The translations under genes and the position numbers were made by a program. This document shows, one piece after another, positions 9,057-19,747 of a DNA stretch of 34,753 nucleotides (positions are counted from its first letter, which is position 1; each line of letters begins with the position of its first letter). Under the pieces are notes generated by a model, which was not told where the DNA came from, ran no database searches, and saw only the letters and a list, made by a program, of their open reading frames with translations. The DNA is from Gemmatimonadales bacterium (lineage in GTDB: Bacteria; Gemmatimonadota; Gemmatimonadetes; Gemmatimonadales; GWC2-71-9), in contig JAICVB010000003.1 in NCBI GenBank assembly GCA_025935545.1, positions 1 through 34,753 on the forward strand. Reading direction: 5' to 3'.

Positions 9057-11186
9057 CTACCCCGCGGCAGCCGGGCTCGCCGCGCGGGCCAGCTCCATCA
9101 GGATCTTCTGCGCCGACCGCTCGGGCTCGCCCGCCAGTGGCCGGCGCTGTTCGTAGGTGCCGTCGGGGCGGAGATCCCAGGCCTGGCGGTTGTCCTGCAG
9201 CATGAGCTCCAGGATCCCGATGATCGTCTGCCGGTGCGTCGGGTCCTCCACCGGAGCGGCCGCCTCGATGCGGCGATCGAAGTTGCGCGGCATCCAGTCG
9301 GCCGAGCCGATGAAGACCTCCGTCTCGCCGCCGTTGTGAAAGCAGAAGGCGCGCGAGTGCTCCAGGAAGCGGCCCACCACGCTCATCACCCGGATGCGCT
9401 CGCTCACCCCCGGCAGGCCGGGGCGGAGGCAGCAGATCCCGCGCACGATCAGGTCGATGGTGACGCCCGCCTGCGAGGCCTGGTAGAGCGCGACGATGAT
9501 CTCCGGGTCCACCAGCGCGTTCATCTTCGCGAGGATGCGCGCGGGCCGCCCGGCCTGCGCGTGCTCCATCTCGCGCCCGATGAGGGTGATGAATCGCTCG
9601 CGCATCCCCTTCGGCGCCACGACGAGCTTCCGGAATGCGGCCGGCGTGCCGAAGCCCGTGAGGACGTTGAAGAGGTCGGTGAGGTCGGAGGCGAGCTCGG
9701 GGTCCGCGGAGAAGATCCCGAAGTCGGTGTAGACCCGCGACGTCTTGAGGTTGTAGTTCCCCGTGCCCACGTGCACGTAGCGGCGCATCGCGTCCCCCTC
9801 GCGCCGGACCACCAGCATCACCTTGCTGTGGGTCTTGAGGCCCACCACGCCGTAGCTCACGTGCACGCCGACGTCCTCCAGGCGCTGGGCCCAGCGGATG
9901 TTGTTCTCCTCGTCGAAGCGGGCCTGCAGCTCGATCAGCACCGCGACCTGCTTGCCCCGCTCGGCCGCGTGCGCCAGCTGGCGGGCGATGCTGGAATCGC
10001 CCCCGGTGCGGTAGAGGGTGAGCTTGATCGCCACCACGTCGGGATCCGCCGCCGCGGCCTCGATGAAGCACTCGACGGTCTTCCCGAAGCTGTCGTACGG
10101 GTGGTGCACGAAGACGTCGCCTTCGCGGATGACCTCGAAGATGTTGCGCCCTCCGGCAAGCCGGGCCGGCGTGGCGGGATGGAAGGGCGGGTCCCGCAGC
10201 GCCGGGATCTCGAGCTGCGAGAGCGACATGAGGTCCGCCGTGTCGAGCGGGCCCAGTACCTCGTACACGTCGTCGTCCGTCAGTGCGAGCGCCGGCGACT
10301 CCTGCTCCTCGTTGAACTCGGCGAGGAGGAGCTGGCGGAGCGACACCGGCATCGACGTGTGCACCTCGAGCCGCACCACCTCACCGAAGCGCCGGTTCCG
10401 GACCTCCTCCTGGATGTGGCTCAGCAGGTCGTCGGCCTCGTCCTCGTCGAGCTCGAGCTCGGTGTTCCGGGTGATCCGGAAGGTGTACCACCCGAGGATC
10501 TCGACGCCGGGGAAGAGGAGGTCGAGATTGGCGCCGATGATGTACTCGAGGGGCACGTAGCGGTACGGCGTCGGCAGGGGAATCCAGCGGGGCAGGATCT
10601 TGGGGACCTTGACCCGCGCGAACCGTTCCTCGCCGTCTGCGTCGCGCAGCACCACCGCGAGCGAGAGGCTCAGGTTCGAGATGTAGGGGAAGGGATGGCC
10701 CGGATCGACCGCCAGGGGCGTGAGGACCGGGAAGACGTTGGCCCGGAAGTAGCGCTCCAGGTGCTCGCGATCCGCGCTGGGGAGCTCGTCGAATTCCGTG
10801 ATCAGCTGGACCCCGTGCGTGGCGAGGCCGGGCAGCACATCCTCCAGCAGGCACCGGCGGTGCCGGGCCGTCTGGTCCGCGACGGTGAGCCCGATGATCC
10901 GGAGCTGCTCCTCCGGGGTGAGCCCGTCCGCGGTGAGCTCGCTCACGCCGGCGGCCACCTGCCGCTTGAGTCCCGCCACGCGGATCTGGTAGAACTCGTC
11001 GAGGTTGTTGCTGAAGATCGCAAGGAACTTCACGCGCTCCAGGAGCGGAGTGCGCGGGTCGAGCGCCTCGTGCAGCACGCGGCCGTTGAACTCGAGCCAC
11101 GACAGCTCGCGGTTGAGGTAGAGCGACGGGTGGCGGAGGTCCACCTGGACCGGCGGAGTTTCGACATCGAGGTGCAGGTCGGTCAT
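9057..11186 (-). CDS. ppk1: Polyphosphate kinase 1
   Basis: YLNRELSWLEFN, NLDEFYQIRVAGL, HPFPYISN, HHPYDSF, ARFDEENNI, LKTHSK, GTGNYN, GRFLEHSR, GSADWMPRN. Confidence 0.98.
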   Translation of the reverse strand: MTDLHLDVETPPVQVDLRHPSLYLNRELSWLEFNGRVLHEALDPRTPLLERVKFLAIFSNNLDEFYQIRVAGLKRQVAAGVSELTADGLTPEEQLRIIGLTVADQTARHRRCLLEDVLPGLATHGVQLITEFDELPSADREHLERYFRANVFPVLTPLAVDPGHPFPYISNLSLSLAVVLRDADGEERFARVKVPKILPRWIPLPTPYRYVPLEYIIGANLDLLFPGVEILGWYTFRITRNTELELDEDEADDLLSHIQEEVRNRRFGEVVRLEVHTSMPVSLRQLLLAEFNEEQESPALALTDDDVYEVLGPLDTADLMSLSQLEIPALRDPPFHPATPARLAGGRNIFEVIREGDVFVHHPYDSFGKTVECFIEAAAADPDVVAIKLTLYRTGGDSSIARQLAHAAERGKQVAVLIELQARFDEENNIRWAQRLEDVGVHVSYGVVGLKTHSKVMLVVRREGDAMRRYVHVGTGNYNLKTSRVYTDFGIFSADPELASDLTDLFNVLTGFGTPAAFRKLVVAPKGMRERFITLIGREMEHAQAGRPARILAKMNALVDPEIIVALYQASQAGVTIDLIVRGICCLRPGLPGVSERIRVMSVVGRFLEHSRAFCFHNGGETEVFIGSADWMPRNFDRRIEAAAPVEDPTHRQTIIGILELMLQDNRQAWDLRPDGTYEQRRPLAGEPERSAQKILMELARAASPAAAG

Positions 11187-11551
11187 CGGGCGGGCCGCTC
11201 CCTGATGGTGATCGCAAGCAGGGTGCTGGCGATGCTGACGATGATGCCGCCCAGCAGCGCCGACCCGAAGCCGCTCACCGAAAAGCCGAGCCCGAGGTGG
11301 CGGGAGAGCGCGCCGGTGGCGAGGAGCAGGACGGCATTGATGACGAGCACGAACAGCCCCAGGGTGAGGACCACCAGCGGACAGGTGAGGATCATGAGCA
11401 GCGGCCGGAGCACCATGTTGACGAGCCCGAAGACGACGGCCAGGAGCGCGAACCCCGCCGGCGTGCCGGTGTAGCTGAGGCCCGGCACCAGCCAGACGGC
11501 GATGCAGAGCGCCAGCGCATTGATGACGAATCGAAGCACGTGGCCGCGCAT
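11183..11551 (-). CDS. 4-TM membrane protein, YvlD/DUF360 ('phage holin superfamily IV') family
   Basis: GLVNMVLRPLLMILTCPLVVLTLGLFVLVINAVLL motif; ATGA overlap with ppk1. Confidence 0.88.
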   Translation of the reverse strand: MRGHVLRFVINALALCIAVWLVPGLSYTGTPAGFALLAVVFGLVNMVLRPLLMILTCPLVVLTLGLFVLVINAVLLLATGALSRHLGLGFSVSGFGSALLGGIIVSIASTLLAITIRERPAR

Positions 11552-11555
11552 CCCG

Positions 11556-13586
11556 CTAGGCCCCCGGGCTCCGCAGGCCGTCGTCGATCCAGTCGAGCAC
11601 GGTGTCCCACCAGAGGCGGCGGTTTCGCGGCTTGGTCACGAAGTGATCCTCGTCGGGGAAGTAGAGCAGCTTGGCGGGCACGCCCCGCAGCTTCGCCGCG
11701 GTGAACGCCTGCAGCCCCTCCGACAGGTCGACCCGGTAGTCCAGTTGGCTGTGCACGACCAGGAGCGGCGTGGCCCACTGGCTCGTGAAGTTCGCGGGCG
11801 ACCACTTCTCCATGGTCGCGCGGGCGGCCGGCGAGGTCGCCGCGCCGCCGAACTCCCAGGCCGGAAACCACTGCTCGTCGGTGCTGCCGGCCATCGACAG
11901 CGGGTTGAAGATTCCGTCGTGCGCCACCAGCGTGCGGAAGCGGCTGGTGTGGCCCGCCATCCAGTAGATCATGTAGCCGCCGTAGGACGCCCCGGCCGCC
12001 GCCACGCGTTGCCGGTCGATGTAGGGCCGCGCGCTGAGGGCGTCCAGGCCCTTCATCAGGTCGTCGTACGGCAGTCCGCCCCAGTTGCGGGAAATGCTGG
12101 CCGTGAATCGCCGGCCGTAGCCGGTCGAGCCGTGGAAATTGACGCCGGCCACCACGTAGCCCCGCGCCGCGAACATCGCGAAGTTCCAGCGCGCGTGCCA
12201 CTCGTCGAGCCACGCCCCCTGCGGGCCGCCGTGGATGAGGTAGACCAGCGGATAGGTCCGGCGGCGGTCGAAGTTCGGGGGGCGCATCAGCCACCCGAAG
12301 ACAGAGTCCCCGCCCGCTCCGGCGAAGGCGAACGGCTCGAGCGGCGTCAGGGCGAGCTGCCCCGTCACGGCCGCGTTGAGCCGCGTGAGCGGCCGGAGCG
12401 CGCGTCCGGTGGCGTCCGATCGGTAGAGCTCCGCCGGCGAGGCGGCACTCTGGCGAATGAAGACCGCGAAATCGCCCCGCGGCGACACCTGCACCGACGT
12501 GTTGCTCCCGCCACTCACGACGCGTGTCACGCGCCCCGTCGGCACGGCCACCGCTTCAATCACCCGCTGCCCGCGTTCCTCCACCTCGGCCAGCAGGGAG
12601 CGGCTGTCGGGCGCCCAGACGAAGGCGAGCACGCTCGCGTCCCAGCCCGGGGCGAGCGCGGCCCGGCGGCCCGTGGCGCGCTCGTAGAGCATGAGCTGCT
12701 GGCGATCCGACTCGAAGCCGGGGGTCTCGGCGGCCAGGTACGCGATGAAGCGGCTGTCGGGCGAGTAGGCCGGGCTGTGGTCGTTCGCCCGGCTGGTGGT
12801 GATGGGCTGGCGGCCGGAGCCGTCCGGCGCCATCACGAAGATGTCGTTGTTGGTCGAGGTCGCGACGTCCGTGTCGGGATTGTAGGTGACCGCCACCTCG
12901 GTGCCGACCGCGGAGAGCGCAAGGTCGCGGCCACCCAGCGCCAGGGTGGGGACGTCGCGGTCGATCGGCGTGAGGTCCGTCGCGCGGGAATCGGCCAGGG
13001 TCAGGCGGAAGAGGTGCTGGCGGCGGCCGGCCCGCCACTCGTCCCAGTGGCGGTAGAACAGCGAGGTCGTGATCCGCGCATTGGTGGCGAAGTCGCCGTT
13101 CCGGCGGTCCACCTCCTGCGTGGCCGGCCACTTTACGTCCGCCGTCAGGTAGAGCGACTTGCCGTCGGGCGCCCAGGCGAAGTCGTTCACCCCGCCTGAG
13201 AGCGCCGTGAGCCGCGCCGGCTCGCCGCCGGCCGCCGGCACCTGCCATACCTGCGACCCGCCCTCGCGCGTGGAGATGAATCCGAGGGACTTGCCGTCGG
13301 GCGCCCACCGCGGCGTGCGGTCGCTTCCGCTCGGGCCGGCGGTCAGGGGACGGGCATCCCCGCCCCCCGCCGGCACGATCCAGATGCGGGAGGCGTTCAC
13401 GTTGTCGTCGAGCGACGGCGTGGAGACGCTGAAGGCGACCAGCGCCCCGTCGGGCGAGATGGCCGGCTCCGACGGCGTGCGGACCGCAATGAAATCGTCG
13501 AAGGTGAGCGCGTGGCGCTGCTGGGCCGTGGCGGGGGCCGCGAGCGCCGCCGCGGCCAGGACGAGCGTGGCCGCGCGTCTACGCAA
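11556..13586 (-). CDS. Exported S9-family peptidase (prolyl oligopeptidase/acylaminoacyl peptidase type)
   Basis: Signal peptide, PD40/WD-like WAPDG repeats, IHGGPQG, GSTGYG, catalytic GASYGG, DYRV, PDEDH. Confidence 0.95.
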   Translation of the reverse strand: MRRRAATLVLAAAALAAPATAQQRHALTFDDFIAVRTPSEPAISPDGALVAFSVSTPSLDDNVNASRIWIVPAGGGDARPLTAGPSGSDRTPRWAPDGKSLGFISTREGGSQVWQVPAAGGEPARLTALSGGVNDFAWAPDGKSLYLTADVKWPATQEVDRRNGDFATNARITTSLFYRHWDEWRAGRRQHLFRLTLADSRATDLTPIDRDVPTLALGGRDLALSAVGTEVAVTYNPDTDVATSTNNDIFVMAPDGSGRQPITTSRANDHSPAYSPDSRFIAYLAAETPGFESDRQQLMLYERATGRRAALAPGWDASVLAFVWAPDSRSLLAEVEERGQRVIEAVAVPTGRVTRVVSGGSNTSVQVSPRGDFAVFIRQSAASPAELYRSDATGRALRPLTRLNAAVTGQLALTPLEPFAFAGAGGDSVFGWLMRPPNFDRRRTYPLVYLIHGGPQGAWLDEWHARWNFAMFAARGYVVAGVNFHGSTGYGRRFTASISRNWGGLPYDDLMKGLDALSARPYIDRQRVAAAGASYGGYMIYWMAGHTSRFRTLVAHDGIFNPLSMAGSTDEQWFPAWEFGGAATSPAARATMEKWSPANFTSQWATPLLVVHSQLDYRVDLSEGLQAFTAAKLRGVPAKLLYFPDEDHFVTKPRNRRLWWDTVLDWIDDGLRSPGA

Positions 13587-14637
13587 TCACGCCCCCGCCC
13601 AGGACCTGCTGGTCCGCCGCGTACACCACGCCGGACTGGCCCGGCGCGATGGCGCGGACCGGGACGCCGAGGGCAAGGTCGAGCGCGTCATCCGAGCGGC
13701 CCAGCACGGTCGCGGGGACCGCGCGCGCACGGTAGCGGAGCTGGACCAGGCAGGTGTCACCCGGCCCGAGCGGCGAAGCCAGCCAGTTGACCTCCTCGAG
13801 CCGCACGCGGTGGCCCGCGAGGTCGGCCTCCGACCCGATGACCACCTCGCGAGTGTCCGGGCGGATGGCCACCACGTAGCGCGCGCTCCCGGCGCCCCCG
13901 GGAAGGCCGCGCCGCTGGCCGATCGTATAGCGCGCGTACCCGCGGTGCTCCCCGATGCGCTCCCCGCCCACCGTCACGAGCGGCCCAGGCTGGAGCGCCG
14001 GCGCGCCCGCCGGCAGGTTCCGCTCGAGGACGCCGACGTAGTCGTCGTCCGGCACGAAGCAGATCTCGACCGACTCCGGCTTCTCCGCGGTGGTGAGCCC
14101 GAGCCGGCGGGCCACGGCGCGCGTCTCCTCCTTGGTCATCTCGCCGACCGGCGTGAGCATCCGGGCCACCACGGCACGGTCCACCCCCCACAGGAAGTAG
14201 CTCTGGTCCTTTGCCGGATCGGCGCCGCGGTAGAGGCGGCCATCACGCGCCCGCGCGTAGTGACCCGTCGCGATGGCATCGCAGCCCAGCGCGTCGGCGT
14301 GGGCCAGGAGGTCGCGGAACTTGGTGAAGGAGTTGCAGCGCACGCAGGGAATCGGGGTCCGTCCCCGGCTGTATTCGGAGACGAAGTTCTCGATGACGTG
14401 GAGGGCGAAGCGGTCCTCGAGGTTGAGGACGTAGTGCGGGATGCCGATCGCCGCCGCGACGTCGCGGGCGTCATTGATCGAGTCGAGCGAGCAGCAGGGC
14501 CGGTCGGGGACGTCGTCGCCGTAGCAGAAGAGCTTCATCGTGGCGCCGACCACCTCGTGGCCCTCTTCGACCAGCCGCGCCGCCGCCACCGAGCTGTCGA
14601 CGCCGCCGGACATGGCGACGAGCACCCTCCTACGCAC
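13579..14637 (-). CDS. mnmA: tRNA 2-thiouridine(34) synthase MnmA
   Basis: [54 protein letters not shown]; GTG start overlaps the desulfurase stop. Confidence 0.97.
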   Translation of the reverse strand: MRRRVLVAMSGGVDSSVAAARLVEEGHEVVGATMKLFCYGDDVPDRPCCSLDSINDARDVAAAIGIPHYVLNLEDRFALHVIENFVSEYSRGRTPIPCVRCNSFTKFRDLLAHADALGCDAIATGHYARARDGRLYRGADPAKDQSYFLWGVDRAVVARMLTPVGEMTKEETRAVARRLGLTTAEKPESVEICFVPDDDYVGVLERNLPAGAPALQPGPLVTVGGERIGEHRGYARYTIGQRRGLPGGAGSARYVVAIRPDTREVVIGSEADLAGHRVRLEEVNWLASPLGPGDTCLVQLRYRARAVPATVLGRSDDALDLALGVPVRAIAPGQSGVVYAADQQVLGGGVIA

Positions 14638-15805
14638 GCCCGAGCACTCCCGCGAGCTTCCGCACCTTGGCCACGACGCCCGGGAAGACCTCGGCCGCAC
14701 GGTCGATGTCGGCGGGAGTCGTCTCGTGGCCCAGGCTGAAGCGGATCGCGCCGAGGGCGAGCTCGCGCGGCACGCCCATCGCCGTGAGCACGTGCGATGG
14801 CTCCATCGCCCCGGTGGAGCAGGCGGAGCCGCCCGACACGGCGACGCCCGCGAGGTCGAAGTGCATGAGCAGCGCCTCGCTGTCGGTGCCCGCCACCGCC
14901 ACGCTCAGGATGTGCGGCGCGCGCTCGGCGCCCTTCGCATTCACGTGCACGTCCGCCGCGAGGGCGACGAGCCGCGCCTCGAGGTCGTCGCGCAGCGCGC
15001 GGAGCCGCGCCGCTTCGGCGGCCTGCTCCGCCGCCGCGAGCCGCGCCGCCGCGCCGAGGGCCACGGCACCCGCCACGTTCTCGGTGCCGGGGCGGATCCC
15101 GAACTGCTGGCCACCGCCGTGGATGATCGCCTCGACCGCCTTCCGGTCGCGCACGATGAGCGCGCCGATGCCCTTGGGCGCGCCGATCTTGTGGCCGGAG
15201 ATGGTGAGCAGCGTGCAGGGGAGGCCGTCCAGCGACACCGGCACCTTGCCGAACGCCTGCACCGCGTCGCTGTGGAAGAGGACGCCGGCCGCCGCGCAGC
15301 GGCCCGCGATCTCCGCCACGGGCTGCACTACCCCGACCTCGTTGTTCACCCACATGGTGGATACGACGGCGGGCCGCTCCGCCAGGGCGGCGTCGAGGGC
15401 GTCCAGCTCGATCACCCCGTCCCCGTCCACCGGCAGGATGACCTCGCGGCCGCCGAGGTGGCAGACGGCGTGGGCGGCCGCGAGGATCGCCTTGTGCTCG
15501 ATGGCGGAGACCACGGCGCACATCGGAGCGCCGCGGTCGCGGGCGGCGAGCGCCGCCCCCACGATCCCCAGGTTGTCCGCCTCGGTGCCGCCCGACGTGA
15601 AGATCACCTGGCTCGGCTCGGCGCCCACCGCCTGGGCCACCTCCCGCCGGGCCTGCTCGAGACCGGCGCGCGCGGCCCGGCCGAACCGGTGGCCGCTCGA
15701 GGGATTGCCGAAGGCCGCGTCGGTGAGGTACGGCAGCATCGCCTCGAGCACCTCCGGGCGGACCGGAGTCGTGGCCGAGTGGTCGAGGTACACTGGCGAG
15801 GGCAT
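14630..15805 (-). CDS. Cysteine desulfurase (IscS/NifS, class I)
   Basis: [39 protein letters not shown] (PLP Lys), RPGTEN, SGGSACS (catalytic Cys), IRFSLG. Confidence 0.96.
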   Translation of the reverse strand: MPSPVYLDHSATTPVRPEVLEAMLPYLTDAAFGNPSSGHRFGRAARAGLEQARREVAQAVGAEPSQVIFTSGGTEADNLGIVGAALAARDRGAPMCAVVSAIEHKAILAAAHAVCHLGGREVILPVDGDGVIELDALDAALAERPAVVSTMWVNNEVGVVQPVAEIAGRCAAAGVLFHSDAVQAFGKVPVSLDGLPCTLLTISGHKIGAPKGIGALIVRDRKAVEAIIHGGGQQFGIRPGTENVAGAVALGAAARLAAAEQAAEAARLRALRDDLEARLVALAADVHVNAKGAERAPHILSVAVAGTDSEALLMHFDLAGVAVSGGSACSTGAMEPSHVLTAMGVPRELALGAIRFSLGHETTPADIDRAAEVFPGVVAKVRKLAGVLGRA

Positions 15806-15812
15806 GGCGCTA

Positions 15813-15840
15813 AAGATAACGCCGGCTACATCGATTGCAC
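15813..15840 (-). promoter_or_regulatory. Candidate leaderless promoter for desulfurase-mnmA (GTGCAA-N16-TATCTT-N7-ATG)
   Basis: Minus-strand TATCTT ends 7 nt before ATG 15805; no SD motif. Confidence 0.5.
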
Positions 15841-16542
15841 GCCCAGCGCCACCACGTCGTCCACCGCCATGGTCTCGTGCGTGAAGAAGGGCTCCCCGTA
15901 GCGGGTCCTGATCAGGGAGCCGTAGTGGGCGCTCTGGATCTCGACCAGGGAGTACAGGTCCTGCCCCGTGGGAAAGATCTCTCCCGCGTTCTGCGCGCCA
16001 TCGAACTGGCTCGCGTAGCAGCGGATGGCCTGCATCTTCCGCTCGAACTGGGCACTCACGTCCACCACGAACGTCGGCTTGACCGGGTCTTCCCGGTAGG
16101 CGAGCGCGTAGAGGATCTTGCGCGGCCGCCACGGCTCGCCCGGCGCATCGTATCGCCGGAGGCCGGCCAGGAAGCAGGCGTCGCGCCCCAGCTCCGAGGC
16201 AAGCCGGTGGTCGGGGTGGCGGCCGATGGGGAAGGGGAGGATGACGACCTGCGGCTGGAAGTGGCGGATCTCGCCCGCCACGATGCGGCGCGCCTCGTCG
16301 GTGTTGTGGATGTGGGCGTCGGGCAGCCCGGCGTTGCGGCGTTCGGTCACGCCCAGGATCGCCGCCGCGCGGGCGGCCTCCTCGCCCCGGAGCGCCGCGC
16401 TGCCCCGGGTGCCGCTCTCGCCCGCCGTCAGATCCAGGATGCCGGTCCGGTGGCCGGCGTCCGCGGCCCGGAGGAGGGTGCCGGCACAGGTCAGCTCGAC
16501 GTCGTCCCGATGCGCGGCGATGGCAAGCAGGTCAACGGCCAC
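15826..16542 (-). CDS. bshB1: Bacillithiol biosynthesis deacetylase BshB1 (PIG-L/LmbE family)
   Basis: AHRDDVEL, DLTAGESGTRGS, RHPDH, DACFLAGL, PTFVVDVS, K..AI.CYASQF. Confidence 0.85.
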   Translation of the reverse strand: MAVDLLAIAAHRDDVELTCAGTLLRAADAGHRTGILDLTAGESGTRGSAALRGEEAARAAAILGVTERRNAGLPDAHIHNTDEARRIVAGEIRHFQPQVVILPFPIGRHPDHRLASELGRDACFLAGLRRYDAPGEPWRPRKILYALAYREDPVKPTFVVDVSAQFERKMQAIRCYASQFDGAQNAGEIFPTGQDLYSLVEIQSAHYGSLIRTRYGEPFFTHETMAVDDVVALGVQSM

Positions 16543-16551
16543 GAGGTCCCC

Positions 16552-17793
16552 CTATTCGTACCGGAGGGCCTCCACCGGGTCCATGCGGGAGGCCTTGTTG
16601 GCGGGATAGAGGCCGAAGAGTACTCCGGTCACGGTCGAGGCCGCCACCGCCGCGATGACCGCGTTGAGCGGCACCGCGGCCTGCAGCGGGGTCGCGGACC
16701 GGATGGCGAAGGCGATCAGCGCTCCGAGCGCCATCCCGATGAGGCAGCCGACGAGGGTGAGCGTGGCCGCCTCCACGAGGAACTGGAACATGATCTCCCG
16801 CCGCGTGGCGCCCAGCGCCTTGCGCACGCCGATCTCCCGGGTGCGCTCGGTGACCGAGATCATCATGATCGCGACGACGCCCACGCCGCCCACCATGAGG
16901 CCCACGCTCGACAGCGCGATCATGACGATGAAGAAGGCACCGGTGACGTTGTTGAACGTCTCCAGCAGCTTGTCCTGCGTCACGATCGCGAAATTGTTGT
17001 CCTGGCTCGGCTTGAGCCCGCGCTTGATGCGGAGCGCGGCGGTCACCTCGTCCATGGCGTCGGCCACGCTCGCGGTTTCGGTGGGCCGGACGGCGAACAT
17101 GAGCCAGCCCTTCTCGTAGTCCGCCACCTTGGTGAACGTCGAGTGCGGCACGACCACCAGGGGGTCCTCGTGGCCGCCGAAGAGCCCCTGCGGCTGCAGC
17201 CAGACCCCCACCACCGTGAACGGCACGCCGAACACCTTGATGCGCCGGCCGATCGGGTCGAGCCCGGGAAAGAGCTGGTCGGCCATCTTGGCGTTGATGA
17301 CCGCCGTGTACGACTTCGCCGCCTCCTCGAGCTCGGTGAAGTTCCGGCCCTCTGCCAGGGAGCCGCCGACGCTCAGGATCCAGGCGGGACTGAACCCGAT
17401 CACTTCGACGCTGTTGAGGCGCGTGTCCTCGTAGCTCACCGGGCCGTTGGTGCTCTCCCGCCAGGTCACGTTCCGGATGGTCGGCAGGCGGCTCAGGAGC
17501 TCCGCCTCCTCCACCGTCAGGGCAGGATAGCGCCGCCAGGGGCTCATCTCATCTGAGCCGTCGCTGATGTCGAGCCCGCCCTGGAAGTACTTCTGCACGA
17601 AGAACGTCTTGGGGCCGAGCGTCTCGATCTGCTCCTGCACGCCGCGATTGATCCCGGTGATGGCCGAGGCCATCGCGATCACCACCATGACGCCGACGGC
17701 CACGCCGAGGATCGTGAGGAAGGCGCGCACCTTGTTGGCGCGGATCGAATCCAGCGCGATGGTGACGCCCTCGAAGAGCCGGCCGACGGTCAT
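16552..17793 (-). CDS. ABC transporter permease, MacB/FtsX family
   Basis: RAFLTILGVAVGV, periplasmic domain with GRNFT, VGGVGVVAIMMISVTERTREIGVRKALGA, PANKASRMDPVEALRYE. Confidence 0.96.
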   Translation of the reverse strand: MTVGRLFEGVTIALDSIRANKVRAFLTILGVAVGVMVVIAMASAITGINRGVQEQIETLGPKTFFVQKYFQGGLDISDGSDEMSPWRRYPALTVEEAELLSRLPTIRNVTWRESTNGPVSYEDTRLNSVEVIGFSPAWILSVGGSLAEGRNFTELEEAAKSYTAVINAKMADQLFPGLDPIGRRIKVFGVPFTVVGVWLQPQGLFGGHEDPLVVVPHSTFTKVADYEKGWLMFAVRPTETASVADAMDEVTAALRIKRGLKPSQDNNFAIVTQDKLLETFNNVTGAFFIVMIALSSVGLMVGGVGVVAIMMISVTERTREIGVRKALGATRREIMFQFLVEAATLTLVGCLIGMALGALIAFAIRSATPLQAAVPLNAVIAAVAASTVTGVLFGLYPANKASRMDPVEALRYE

Positions 17794-17803
17794 GGCGCCT
17801 CCG

Positions 17804-19045
17804 CTATTCCGCGCGCAGCGCGGCGATGGGGTCGAGCCGCGCCGCCCGGGTCGCGGGATAGACGCCGGCGATCATGCCGACGCTCACCCCGAGGATCACC
17901 GCGACCACGATGGACCAGGGGGCGACGGCCGCCGGCATCGGGGTGACCGCCTTCACCAGGAAGGCGAGCCCGATGCCGGTCGCGATGCCGAGGGCCGCGC
18001 CGACCAGCGAGAGCGTGGCGGACTCGACCACGAACTGGGACAGGATGTCGCGCCGGCGGGCGCCGAGCGCCTTCCGGATCCCGATCTCACGGGTCCGCTC
18101 GCTCACCGCCATCAGCATGATGTTCATGATCACGATACCGCCGACGACCAGCGAGATCGCCACGAGACCGGGCAGGGCGGTCATCAAGATGCCCGAGATC
18201 TTCTTCCACCCGTCGAGCGCGGCTTCGGGCGTCTGGAGGAAGAAGTTGTTCGCCTCGTCCGGCCGCAGCTTCCGGCGGCTCCGCATGAGCGCCTCCACCT
18301 GGCCCATCGCCACCTGGACGTCGGCCGGGTTGGTCGCACGGATCTCCAGCTCGTCGAGGACGTTGTGCGGGCAGATCCAGCGCCGGGCGGGAGCGGTATA
18401 GGGCATCACGGCGAACTTGTCCATCGAGATCCCGAAGAGCGTGCCCTGCTTGGCCGCGACGCCGATCACGCGATAGGGCAGCCCGGCGATGACGACCGAC
18501 TTCCCCAGTGGGTCCACCCCGGCATAGAGCTTCTCGGCGATCAGGTCGCCGATCACGACCACCGCCTGCCCGGTCCGGACCTCCTGCTCGCTGAACGCGC
18601 GTCCGGAGGCGATGTCCACGTTCTTGATGCGGAAGTAGCTGTCCTCGGTACCGCGAAGCTCGATGTCCTTGGCCTGCTTGCCTTCGAAGCTGAGGGTCTG
18701 CCGGTCGGAGCAGAACATCGCGAACGTGGCGGGGACGGTGACGTGCTCCTTCACGTAGCGGGCATCGGCGTAGGTGATCCGCGGCCGCCGGAACCAGCTC
18801 CGCCACTCCTCCTCCTTCACCGCGCCGGTGACGATGTCGGGGCGCTGCCGGAGCGAGAAGGTGTTGAGGCCCACCAGCCGATTGGCGAACTGGTCCTCCA
18901 TGTACACGTTCATGCCCTGGATGATGGACACGACCGCGATGAGGAAGGTCACGCCGATCAGCACGCCGATCAGGGAGAAGAAGCTCTTGAGCTTCTGCGA
19001 CCGGATGGTGCGGAGCGCCATCCGCACCGCCTCGAGGAGCGGCAC
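17804..19045 (-). CDS. ABC transporter permease, MacB/FtsX family
   Basis: VGGIVIMNIMLMAVSERTREIGIRKALGA, PATRAARLDPIAALRAE; GTG start. Confidence 0.96.
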   Translation of the reverse strand: MPLLEAVRMALRTIRSQKLKSFFSLIGVLIGVTFLIAVVSIIQGMNVYMEDQFANRLVGLNTFSLRQRPDIVTGAVKEEEWRSWFRRPRITYADARYVKEHVTVPATFAMFCSDRQTLSFEGKQAKDIELRGTEDSYFRIKNVDIASGRAFSEQEVRTGQAVVVIGDLIAEKLYAGVDPLGKSVVIAGLPYRVIGVAAKQGTLFGISMDKFAVMPYTAPARRWICPHNVLDELEIRATNPADVQVAMGQVEALMRSRRKLRPDEANNFFLQTPEAALDGWKKISGILMTALPGLVAISLVVGGIVIMNIMLMAVSERTREIGIRKALGARRRDILSQFVVESATLSLVGAALGIATGIGLAFLVKAVTPMPAAVAPWSIVVAVILGVSVGMIAGVYPATRAARLDPIAALRAE

Positions 19046-19747
19046 CTACGCCGCCGCCCCGCGGTTGAGCCGGTCGCTCTCGACGCGCCCGTCGCGGAGC
19101 ACCACCACCCGTTCGGCATGCGCCGCGATATCGGGCTCGTGCGTCACCATGACCACCGTCTGGCCCTGGCCGTGCAGCTCCGAGAAGACGCGCATGATCT
19201 CCTCGCTGGTGGTGCTGTCGAGATTGCCGGTGGGCTCGTCGGCCAGGAGGATGCTGGGCTCGTTCACCAGCGCCCGCGCGATCGCGACCCGCTGGCGCTG
19301 GCCGCCGGAGAGCTCGTTGGGCCGGTGGTCCATCCGGTTCGCGAGCCCGACCCGGGTCAGCGCAGCGATCGCCCGCGACCGGCGGTCCCGCGCGGGGACG
19401 CCGGAATAGACCAGCGGCAGCTCCACGTTGTGGAGCGCGCTGGCGCGGGCCAGCAGGTTGAAGGTCTGGAAGACGAAGCCGATCTCCTTGTTCCGCACCC
19501 GGGCCAGTGCGTCGTCGGTCAGGCGCGACACCTCCTGCCCGTTCAGCCAGTACTCGCCGCCGGACGGCGTATCGAGGCATCCGAGCATGTTCATCATCGT
19601 GCTCTTGCCGGAGCCCGACGGTCCCATGATGGCGACGTATTCGTTGGCATGGATCGAGAGCGTGACGCCGCGGAGGGCGTGGATGGTCTCGCCGCCCATG
19701 TCGTAGTGCCGGGTCAGGTCCCGGATCTCGATGATCGCCCGGTTCAT
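19046..19747 (-). CDS. ABC ATP-binding protein, MacB/LolD family
   Basis: [48 protein letters not shown]. Confidence 0.98.
   Translation of the reverse strand: MNRAIIEIRDLTRHYDMGGETIHALRGVTLSIHANEYVAIMGPSGSGKSTMMNMLGCLDTPSGGEYWLNGQEVSRLTDDALARVRNKEIGFVFQTFNLLARASALHNVELPLVYSGVPARDRRSRAIAALTRVGLANRMDHRPNELSGGQRQRVAIARALVNEPSILLADEPTGNLDSTTSEEIMRVFSELHGQGQTVVMVTHEPDIAAHAERVVVLRDGRVESDRLNRGAAA

Noticed and set aside
8481-11474. Very long antisense or alternative-frame ORFs (997 aa here; also 3783-6269, 17567-19831, 20056-22482, 26010-28154)
   Set aside because: They shadow well-supported genes, have no motifs, and are expected from stop-codon scarcity at this GC content.
11183-11551. 'Phage holin' as a prophage marker
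   Set aside because: The family is commonly chromosomal; no endolysin, structural or integrase genes nearby.
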